Shown here in pieces: positions 39,301 through 51,300 of a DNA stretch of 64,000 nt (its first letter is position 1; every line of letters begins with the position of its first letter). The position numbers and the translations under genes were made by a program. Source of the DNA: Owenia fusiformis (lineage: Eukaryota). A model generated the notes under the pieces. That model did no database searches. It was not told the DNA's origin and saw nothing but the letters and a program-made list of their open reading frames with translations. The DNA is taken from positions 47,182,001 to 47,246,000 of the forward strand of contig CAIIXF020000001.1 of NCBI GenBank assembly GCA_903813345.2, in the 5' to 3' direction.

Positions 39301-42300
39301 TACTACTGTCCTTTACAGCAAATATGCATCATTTTGCCTCTTAAAACATTCTAATACACTGGTGATCCACTCGATTACGCTGGTTACCAAAACGAATTTC
39401 GTGGGAATTCTGCCTACAAAGTGTAAAATAAGGAAACGAGAAAAATCGTACCTTCCGGATGTTCCGACATTTTGTTACCAAAACGAACCGTTTTGGTAAC
39501 CAGCGTAATCGAGTGGATTACCAGTGTAATACATGTAGTTGATTTTAGTAATGGTTTTAAATAGAAGATTAGATTGAGCATCATATGGCCCCACATAATA
39601 ATGCAACACATGTTCACATTTGATACTTTTAGCGCATGTACTGTGAGTTTGACACTAAGAGCCCATCCAGACCTCTACAACTCTCGTGGTGTGGAACTGG
39701 GGCGGTTGTGGGACAGTGGGAAAATATTGTCCTGATGGTTGGGCCTGGAAAAGATTGGGTGAAATATCCTTTGATGAAATTACAACGTTTTTTTGTCATG
39801 TACAAGTATACTACAGCAAATGTATATGTTGAATGCATACTCCAGGCTTCTCTTTCACAATATGTTTATATACAGTATGTGCATGTATGATACATCTTCA
39901 TATACGAACACATTATATGCACTTTCTTATTAGATACATAGACTACATGTAGTTCAGTCAGAATGAGCCTAAATGCGTGCGTTCAGAGGGATTTTACGAG
40001 ACATAATTTTTCATGTTGCTAGTATGATTTCACATATTTGTATGAATTATTAGATCCCAGTTTTTCAGCTTTTAGATTTTGTGGCCATTTTAACCCCCGT
40101 GGACTATAATTTGGACCCCTACTATAAAATTAGGCAAGAACTCAAAAAATGCTCAGTGGAATGTTTTCAAATTGTTATGGTATATTGGTATGGGCTAAAC
40201 GAATATATGATAAAAATTTCAAGTCACATGGTTAAGTGGTTGCCATGGAAATGGATAAAACATACCCTTCGGGTGTCAATTTTCAGGCCAATTTTTCAGG
40301 AAAGATAGAGTCATTTTGTGCTTATTTTGTCACCAGTGTGTTCGGAAGGGTTGAAATGTGAATAGAAAACGTCTATAATATGTTAGCAACAATCTTATGT
40401 AAAGATCAGTCCACAGAACCTCAGATTTTGGCCTTATATGGGTCCATGATTTATACAGGGGCCTATTTCACAGATTCGAACCCCCACATTGGATGGATGC
40501 TATAACTTTTGAAATAAGGGAGATACAGGTCTCATTTTTTCCATTCTTCGTAAATGGCTGGTTTTAAGTATTGTATCATACTTTGGGAGCTGGTATATGA
40601 TTGGTTGCCATGGTAACCAGGGTTTTAGGGAAATTCTGACCCCCTCATTGGATGGATGCTATAACTTTTGAAATAAGGGTGATGCTTGTCTCATTTTTTC
40701 AGATCTTAGACAATGATTGATTTTAAGTATTAAATCAGACTTTGATAGCTGAAATTTGATTGGTTACCATGGTAACTAGGGTTTTATTGAAATTCAGACC
40801 TCCACAATTGATAAATGCTATAACTTTTGAATTCAAGCAGTTACAGATATCAGCTTTTCAGAACTTAAAAGATAATTAGACTTGCGTATTGTGTCAGACT
40901 TTGGAGGTTACAATTTACTTGGTTGCTATGATAACCATGTTTCATTGTCATGGAAACTTCATTTTTGATTTCAGATTTACCTTCATTTGAGAATGGTCAA
41001 GACACAACATAAAACGCTCAAAATTATCATTTTACTCTTAATTTCAGCATTTTTACATGTATGTCTGACAGTATTGCCTCATTCCATTCTACTAATTCTC
41101 ACACATATTCTACTCCAAAATTGTTTTTACTCATCATTATAGTTTTCATCTTCCACAATGGTCTAATAATTTAAAATATCAACAATTTCAACAAGGAAGG
41201 ATTCTTTTGACCATTGGGGTGTTAAGGATTCCTTGGGGAATTCATAATTCAATCATGCAGTGTTTGGCTTGGTAGGGCTGGGTTTAGGCTGGTGGGGAAT
41301 GTTTCCATACACAGGTTTGATAATTCACCCTCTTCAAAAGTGAGGGCAGCACTGTTCTGTTTTTGAGAATACTAGTAATTCTCATGTGAAACAGCTAATC
41401 TCGTAATCTATTAGTGGAAGTTATTTTTTTGTAATTCAGCTGTACTTTTGCAGGTGAACAATTCAACTTTGGATTTTATGGTACTAGTATCAGGAATTTC
41501 TATATTTTTCCTATTGAAGAAAACAACTTTAAGAATTGTTTGTCTTCAGTTTCAGTTGATTTATTTTACTTTGGTTCAGATCCAGTAACAATAAAATCCA
41601 AAGTTGAATTGTTCACCTGCAAAAGAACAGCAGAATTCCAAAAATACATTTGAAACTGCATCAATAAACTACGATATGAGCTGTTCCACATAAGATATTC
41701 TCCAAAACAGTACTGCCCTCATCATTCAGATCCAGTAACACATTGAAGGCTAATATAGCTTCACACAGTACTTCGTTCTAAGTTTGCAGCTACAGAGGTT
41801 TGGTTGAGCTTCTGATATTGAATGGGATAGAGTTCACATCAGTTGAGGTTCTTAAAGTTCTTTTCTTCATAATAGGAAACAATATTTGAAGAGGATGAAT
41901 GACTAATCCTAAATGTTGGAGTGAGCAATCATTACAAGGTGGAAGATATTCTACATAGCAGCTAATATAATGCAATGAATTACTTTGGAGCCAATGATGA
42001 ACTCTTCACAAAAAAACGTTCTACAAACCCACGTTTTAATAATTTGAGAATAATATATCTCTGAATTCACATCATTTCTAAAAGTATTTTAAAGTTTCAT
42101 GATGATCACTTCCAGAACAACATAGTTGTGTGCTTCTAAAAACTTCTCCATAGTGACCCTTCTCCTTTTAAGATCTGATATGAGAATGCCATCTAAATTA
42201 TGAGGAATGGCAATGGTCCGGCCGATTTTTCCACTTACTGGTATGAGAATGGTCTTGGAAAATATGTTACCCCTCACTTGTGGTATGGCATTGGTCTAGT

Positions 42301-45300
42301 ATATATCCTTTATAATGTGAAGTTGTTTTGGGTTGTTTTCCTCAAAGGTCTGCCTTCTCGGGGCATTAGACATTTTGAATGGCCATGTTTTTATATCTGG
42401 ATATTTGATATCGCATTGATTCTATATTTGGGCATTTGGTATGACTTTTGGGCATTACTTTGGTTGGTATGGAAATACATTCAAATTTAACAGATTGGTA
42501 TGGAAACATATTGGTATCTGAGGGTTCAGCCTAGGACCCGAGCCAAATTTTATATACAGTGAACCCCCAGGGACCAGTCTTAACCCATTCTGCCAAGCCC
42601 AATACTGCATGAATGTACTAAATCCCCTGAGGATCCTCAACTCCAGAATGGTCAAAACAAGACTTCATTCCAACAGAAATGGTTGATATTTAAATCAAGA
42701 GGCAATTGTGCAAAATGAAAACAGTAATGATGAGTAAAAATGAACAAGTTAGGAGTCAGAATATTTGTGAGAGCTAGTAGTATGGAATAAGGCAATATTG
42801 TCAGATATAAATATACATGTATTGTTTACCTATAGTATTTGATATTTTTTAAGCCAAACAATTTTTGCCTCTCTAGTATTAATGAGTCATGAGCATGTAA
42901 ATCATATAAAATAGAAAATATCCAAAAATTAAAAATAAAATGGCAATTTGGTATTTTATATGCATATATAGAATGAAGGTGAATCTAAAAACAAAAACGG
43001 TAGTTACCATGAAAATGAAACATGGTTTCCATGGCAACCAAGTAAATCCTAACTTCCAAAGTCTAATACAACATACACATTTTATGATTATCTTATATCT
43101 GAAAAGATGATATTTGAAAGATGATATATGCCTGTATAAGTATGCGTTTATCAATTGTGGAGGTCTGAATTTCAACAAAACCCTGATTACCATGGTAACC
43201 AATCAAATACCAGCTCCCAAAGTCTGAATCAATCCTTAAAATCAATCATTGTCTCAGATCTGAAAAAATGAGACACGTATATCCCTTATTCCAAAAGTTA
43301 TAGCATCCATCCAATGTGGGGGTCCGAATTTCCATAAAACCTTGGTTACCATAGCAACCAATAACCTACCAGCTCCCAAAGTATAATACAATACTTAAAA
43401 CCAACCATTTATGAAGATCTGAAAAAATGAGACCTGTATCTCCATTATTTCAAAAGTTATAGCATCCATCTAATGTGGAGGCTCGAGTGTGTGAAATAGA
43501 CCCCTGTATAAATCATGGACTCATATAAGGCCAAAATCTGAAATCCTGTGGACTAATCTTTATATAAGATTGTTGCTAATATATTATAGATGTTTTCTAT
43601 TCATACTTTAACCCTTCCTAACACAATGGTGACAAAATATGCATGAAATGACTCTATCATTTCTGAAAAATGGCCTGAAAATCAACACCTGAAGGGTATG
43701 TTTTATCTGTTTTCATGGCAACCGCTTAACCATGTGACATTAAATTTTTATCATATATTCATTTAGCCCATATCAATATATCCAAGTAATTTGGATACAT
43801 TCCACTGAGTATTTTTGGAGTTCTTGCCTAATTTTATAGTAGGGGTCCAAATTATAGCCCATGGGGGTTAAAATGGCCACAAAATCTAAAAGCTGAAAAA
43901 CTAGGATCTAATAATTCATACAAATATGTGAAATCATACAAGCAACATGAAAAATTATGTCCCGTAAAATCCCTCTGAACGCACGCATTTAGGCTCATTC
44001 TGACTGAACAATGTAAATCATGTTTACTTATTGTTCTAACACATAATACAATCCTCAGACCGAAGAAGCTGGAAATATCTGTTTTTCTTAACTTTTGTCA
44101 CATACAGCTTTGATGGCCCTGTACACATGGTACCAGAGATCGATGGTCTGCGCATCATTAGCAAAACAACACATGAATTCCTACAGAAGGTTCCAGGTTA
44201 GTCACTATAATCATTTGAGATTGGGCTGATGCGATAAATTCATTCCAAATTGCCAATTGAATGTGGACCCTTCCGTTGCCATTTGCAGTGTATTTTCACA
44301 AAACACTGCAGAGAAAAAAGGTTATGTTTTGATAGGAATTTAGATAACAGGTACATGTACATAACCTTGCAGTACCGGGAGGTGGTATTTAGATTTACAT
44401 ATGGCCAATTTAAAGAGCTTTGAAAATGTTAAAAAGGTGGCTCTTGCTTCAAAGATTTTTGCAGTGTAAGATAAGTTGTATTTTGATGTATTGATGTGTT
44501 TCTGTTATTTTGATGAAGCTTGCCTAATGACTATGCCCCTGGAATAAGTTTAAGTTTTAATACTTGACTCAGGTTTGGCTAAATTTAGGATTAATATAAT
44601 ATTTGTAGGAACATATGACTAATTTGAAGATGCCCATCAGTATACAAGGGTATATCATAAAGTTCTCATATCTCTCTAATTTTTTATTTTTCAATATATT
44701 CTGTTGAATTTTTCACAGAATGTGTTGTACAGAATGCTGAATTAATCTGTCAAAAAATATTTGGTATAACAGAAATATTATATAAGAAATGGTTGCCATA
44801 GTAATATTCCAAGGAAAGTCTATTTTCCCCCTTTAGTTTATCTTAAATATGTTTAGACCACAAATAGGGGGTGGGGGGGGGGGTAATTTTGTTGATATCT
44901 TTGCAACATATTTGTATGATCAAAGGACTTTTCGAACTTAACCAAACTTTTTGTCAGAATGAATTTTATTTTTCTGATGATCTCTGCATCTATGCATTAT
45001 CTTACTCTGTCATTTCTGATCATTAAGCTTTGATCCTCAGAGTCTGGTATCACATCTAATGAAGCATGTAAGCATCCCCTAAGATATCACATAATTCACA
45101 TGATCAATTTATTTTATAGTAAAAGCATTTAACAACATATTTAACATAACATTTTAATGTGTTTGATAATTTATGAAAGTTTATTATGTATGTAAACATG
45201 GTTAATTAAGCTCATTTTCTCAATTATTTTTATTTGCCCTGGGTGCCTTGATTTCCGGTTACTATGGCAACCATTACTTATTTAATTTTTCTGTTATACC

Positions 45301-48300
45301 AAATATTTTTTGATAGATTAATTCAGCATTCTATACTACACATTGATTAATACAGTGTTCTATACTGCAGATTTCATGAAAATATCATTAGAATATATTG
45401 AAAAATAAAAAAATTGGAGAGATATTATGAGAACTTTATGATATACCCTCGTATGATGTCCAATCAAATTGCAGGATGTGATCACAGGAACAATCATGAG
45501 CATGTGCTCTCTCAGTGTCACGCATGCTCAAAGTAAAATTTGAAATCCTCGAAATGGCGTTTATTTCAGTTTAACATCAGTTCAACATCATCCTTAGGTT
45601 ACTACTAATGAAGTTAGTCGATCCAAACTTGAAGATAATACTCATAAAACAACAGCGAACATTGTGAAATCCATGGCAAATGTGGCCTGTTTATAAAATT
45701 GCATGGTTATCGAACGTGCCAATACCAAATGTCATCTTTGGGAAATCTCTCCCCCCCCCCGATTGTCTCCTATGTTTCTCTCCCGGACACTCAATGTCCC
45801 ATTATACTTCCTCATGTTATATCTTACATACCTTAGATATATCTTGAGACCAACTTATGGGAAATGTATTGAAGATATATCAAGAAAATCAACATAACAA
45901 CCAACTGTTAGAATTGAATACAATTTGAGCTTTTCGCTATTGAAGGGAATACACGTCGCGTGGCACATGCATCGTCACATGACTTGAACCAAGTCAGCCA
46001 ATTAGATTCATCTCCTAATGCAAAAATTTCAAGGGAGCGCTCTAACTGTGCTCCCATGAGACAGCGCATCTTCAAATTATTTATTGAAATAAAATACACA
46101 ATGACATGTTGATGCTCATATGTGACATGTGTATTTTATTGAACATTTCTAGATTGCTTGCATGTAGGCAGGCATAATATGACGCATGAGAAGGCGTCAT
46201 ATTATGGAAAAATGAATTATTTATTGTAAAAGCTTATGGGAAATATTCTACATTTAAAGCATAATATGAAGTAAATGACACATGTTCTGACAAATGTAAT
46301 AGGGTTTCATTACAATTGTATGGGATTAATATCACTGTATAACATTATCCCAATGAAAGGAGTTTAATAGGATATGTTGAAGCCCTCCATCAGTCCGTCT
46401 GTCAGTCCGTCTGTCAGTCTGTCTGCCAGTCCGTCCATCAGTCAGTCAGTCAGTCTGTCCAGAAAATAACTTGAATAGTTATGGATGGATTTTCTTCATA
46501 TTTTCTTCATAGTGAAAATATGTTTATTGATGAATAGATCCTTATGTGTCTGATACAAACATTAATATGTCCTGTAAAAGAAAATATTATCTGCCAAGAA
46601 AAGAAAAGTTATTTCACTTTTTGTGATTTTGTAACATGGGGTCTGTGGGCCCCGACCTAGAAGTCACATATTCAAAGAAGATTAAACCTGCACATCGCTC
46701 CAAAACACAATATGTTGACATATATTGTTTTTACATTTTCAAACTCTAATATAAAGTTTCTGTAAATAAAAATTGTTTTTTCTGCATAATATCAAAGAAC
46801 AATCATTTAGTTTAAAAAAATAAAAAATGAGTGAGGGATTCAAACCGGGGCCGCCTGTGTGCTGAGCGAGCATTCTACCGCAAGGCTACCAACTATTATG
46901 AATATTTAATGTAATTAAACGCTACTTATGTTGAATGCTATAATTCGGAAGTGACGTCACGTTCTTAATTTAGAAACCTTCCAAAATTCATATCGTCGTC
47001 GACAATCGAAGCAATTCAATGAACAATCTTTGTAATGACACATTTATTGTGAGTTTTTCTACACAAGATTTGCCCCATTTGTTCATCATTCTATAATCTT
47101 TCATTAAGCTCAAAATGATTAAGTTCACCCCCGAAACAACCCAAGATTGCGTTTTGGAGCAATGTACAGGTTTAAATTTTCAAAGTTGGCAAAAACCTTT
47201 TAAAACACATTTCTAGATGCAATCTTACATGTAGCCTTCAAATATGATATCACTTTAACTAAATTTTGAATATTTAATGAAGTAAATCTAGATTATTTCT
47301 ACTTGAATCTTGTATATTTTGTATATGATGGTAGTTATGAACCCCCCCCCCCCCTCCATACACAGTTCCTTGGGGTTGTGCCATTCCAAATAGTCATACT
47401 CATTATTTTGGTTATATATATATATTTTTGGTTATATATATATTTAAGGGAACTTTCTTATACATCTGCCATGTTATTTAAGCTGAATCAGCCACCTGGG
47501 AAACTGGTAACTACCTACTTGCATCTGGGTAATTATCCCATCGAACGAAGTTCGGAGGGATATAGGGAACGCCTCCGTCCGTCCGTCCGTCTGTACATAC
47601 GTCCGTCCGTCCGTCCGTACGTCCATCCGTCCGTACGTACGTCCGTCCGTCCGTCCGTCCGGGCAATAACTCAAATACCGTTGGCCCGATTTTGTTCATA
47701 TTTTGTACACATATACCCTATGGGGGTAGAAGTTCTGCTCGAAAGCCAATTTCCAAAATGGCCACTCATTTCAAAATGGCGGCTATTTTAGTGCCGAATT
47801 TACAGTAATTTAGGTGCAATATGTAAAACTGTAATATCAATATATTTTAGATGTAAAAAAATTATATAGGACATTAATAAAGCTAGAAATGTAGATATTA
47901 AAGAAGCACATGGCAGCCATCTTGAAAAATGGTGGCCTTTACTCGTTATTTTACGATTTTTGCTGTAACTCGAAAAGTAGTGGAGCGATTTTGTTCATAT
48001 TTGGTATGTGAATACTATAAACATTGCACACTGTCTAAGACACTTTTGGTAGAAGGCGGCCATTTTGAAAAATGGCTACCATTTTCACGTATTTTACTAT
48101 AACTCGCAAAGTAGTGGAGCGATTTTGTTCATATCTGGTATGTGAATACTATAAGCATGAAACACTGTCTTATGACACTTTTGGAAGAAGACGGCCATTT
48201 TGAAATTTTTTTTGAAAAATGGCCGCCATTTTAACGTATTTTACTATAACTCGAAAAGTAGTGAAGCGATTTTGTTCATATTTGGGATGTGAATACTATA

Positions 48301-51300
48301 AGCATGACACACTGTCCTATGACACTTTTGGTAGAAGGTGGCCATTTTGAAAAAAACTTTGAAAAATGGCCGCCATTTTAACGTAATTTACTTTAACTCG
48401 AAAAGTAGTGAAGCGATTTTGTTCATATTTGGTATGTGAATACTATATGCATGGCACACTGTCTAATGACACTTTTGGTAGAAGGCGGCCATTTTTCAAA
48501 ATGGCCGCCATTTTAACGTATTTTACTATAACTCAAAAAGAAGTGGAGCGATTTTGTTCATATTTGGTATATGAATACTACAAGCATGACACACTGTCCT
48601 ATGACACTTTTGGTAGAAGGCGGCCATTTTGAAAAAGTTTTGAAAAATGGCCGCCATTTTAACGTATTTTACTATAACTCGAAAAGTAGTGAAGCGATTT
48701 TTTCATATTTGGTATGTGAATACTGTAAGCATGGCACACTGTCTAATGACACTTTTGGAAGAAGGTGGTCATTTTTCAAAATGGCCACCATTTTAACGTA
48801 TTTTACTATAACTCGAAAAGTAGTGGAGCGATTTTGTTTATATTTGGTATGTAAATACTATAAGCAGGGCACACTGTCTTATGGCACTTTTGGTAGAAGG
48901 TGGCCATTTTGAAAAATGGCCGCCATTTTAACGTATTTTACTATAACTTGGAAAGTAGTGGAGCGATTTTGTTCATAATTGGTGTGAAAACTATAAGCAT
49001 GGCACATGGTCTAATGACACTTTTATAATGGTAGAAGGCGGCTATTTTGGAAAATGGCAGCCATTTTTGCTATATGCTTTGTTTGTAAAAATGCCATCCA
49101 TGGCTGTTCGATGGGATTCGCTACGCTTTGGCGTTGCCGTTGTTCTGGTTATTGAATAATTATTGGCTTTCAGTTTTTGAAGAATTTCAATGATGAAATC
49201 TGAAAAACACATGTCAGCAGGTATTCACATATTAGATAACTACTTTTAATAGCATTTCCTAGAATGAATAAACTCTTTGGGTGTTTTATTCATAGAACAA
49301 CAGAAACTCTCAATTATCTGTATAATGTACAGGGTGTCCCAAAAGTATGGGCCCCCCCCCTAGGCAGACATATTCCACTGTCCGCATAGTATGTGTGATA
49401 TATCATTTTAAAGCTTATCCAAAGTTACATTGATTTGCCAAGTATCATGGTTTAACTCCCAAATGGGAAAAAGTTACTGTCATTTTAAAAGTTAGTGTTT
49501 TGTCAAGATAAAGTTCAATTTTACACCAAATTACTAGTCAATGAGTCCCCCCTCGGCCATGTTAACAGCAGCAATTATTTTCAGATATGACCTTAAAAGC
49601 CCTTCAAATAGGGGTGTGGAATTTTATAACCCTCTTGAAACCTGTTAAGGCACTTTAGAAGAGTTTCCTTAGAGTTTCTACCCTCACCGTTCTCTTTTTT
49701 TAACTCAATATCCATCCAACCCGAAAAGAATTGCTGCTGTTAAGATGGCCTGGAAGGACACATTGACTAGTGATTTGGTGTAAAATTGAACTTAATTTTG
49801 ACCAAACACTAAATTTTAAAATGCCTGTAATTTTTCACATTTGAGAGTTGAACCATGATACTTGGTGAATCAATGTAACTTTGGATAAGCTTTAAAATGA
49901 TATTTGACACATACTATGACGACACTGGTATATGTCTGCCTAGGGGGGGGGGGGGCATACTTTCCGGACACCCTGTATATTATATATGTAGCACAATAGG
50001 TAGGCATATTTGCCCTTGGGGGTATTTCAATCAATACCTTTTAGGTAATGGCAATAAGTGGAAAAATATTATGTATTGGGATTTAGTTTCTGAATATATG
50101 TAAAGAGGTATTTATGGCACTCTCTTTTATTTTGACATTTAGAGATTTAAAGTTTAGAAGCTCAATGATTCAAATAAACTGGTGCAGTGGTGCCTCTTAT
50201 TTGATAAAAGCAGAACTCTTTAGATTTAAGGATATAGGCATGGATATTATTTAGCTGCTCGGATTTTGAGAAAGAATAGCTAAAACATTGAATCAGATTT
50301 AATTAGGAAAAATGGCTGCATTCTTAGATTTTTCTGATGAATCATTTAGAAAAAATCTAAATGAGTTGTGTAAATATCCAGATGTGAAAAATCCAAAGGC
50401 AAAAGTAAAAATCAACATAAGTGGTCATGTATACGTTGTTTACCAGGAGACGTTAGACAATATACCTGGACATCGCTTGTATAAACTAACAAAAGATGAT
50501 CCATGTTATGACAGTGAGAATGATGAATATTTTTTTGAAGCTAATCCAGCCTTGTTTCCATACATTTTGGACTATTTTAAACAAGGATCCGTGCATTTTC
50601 CCAAATCGTTTTGCACTTTTACACTTCGAACGACATTAGCTTTCTGGAAGATTGAAGATTCAGCTGTCCCTGTTTGTTGTTGGAAAGAGTTCACAAAAAG
50701 CAGCATAGAAGTTCAATACTACATTAAAGTCTCCTCCATCTTGAACTGGACAGGTATTTTGCACAAGAGTCTGGATGATAAGGCAACTAAATGGGCCCAC
50801 CTGAAAAGAAAGATCTGCATCTTCTTGAATGACCCAGCATCAGGTTTTGGCTCAAAGGTTAGTTCTATAGTATTATAAAAAATTAATAAATAAAACATTT
50901 TTTATTTAGTTTTGTTTTTAATCTCTCTAATATGTGATTGAATATCTTTTGTTTTCGTTCTAAAAACATTAACTCTTGCTTTTTATTTACAGATTTGGAT
51001 GCTGTTCTTTCTGATAAATCTTCTGGCATCACTATTTGTCATCACTGTGGAGATGGATGAGAATTTTCGTGTCCCAATTGAAACAAAGGGAATATTCAAC
51101 GCCACTAACCCTAAGATTGCAAAAATTTTGGAAACAAACCTTCATCCAACTTTACAAATTATAGAAATATGGACAACAATTTTCTTTACTATGGAATGTA
51201 TGATACAAGTGATTGTCACCAAATGTCGTTTCTGGTTCTTCAAACAGCCTGGGACTTACATGGATCTTATAAGTATCATGGGGTCTTTTGTTGGATTGGC

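Noticed and set aside
44970..44990. CTGATGA hammerhead ribozyme core
   Set aside because: No flanking stems or correctly placed GAAA.
46829..46890. Functional tRNA gene
   Set aside because: Anticodon and acceptor stems do not pair and the T-loop is mutated.
47303..48912. Several ORFs with RPSV/GRTD repeats or repeated FCSYLV units
   Set aside because: By-products of microsatellite and tandem core repeats; no domain signature.
44196..50312. In-frame VPS16-Kv fusion protein
   Set aside because: Splicing the phase-1 donor at 44196 to the nearest plausible acceptors (50142, 50254) meets stop codons before the Kv ATG.
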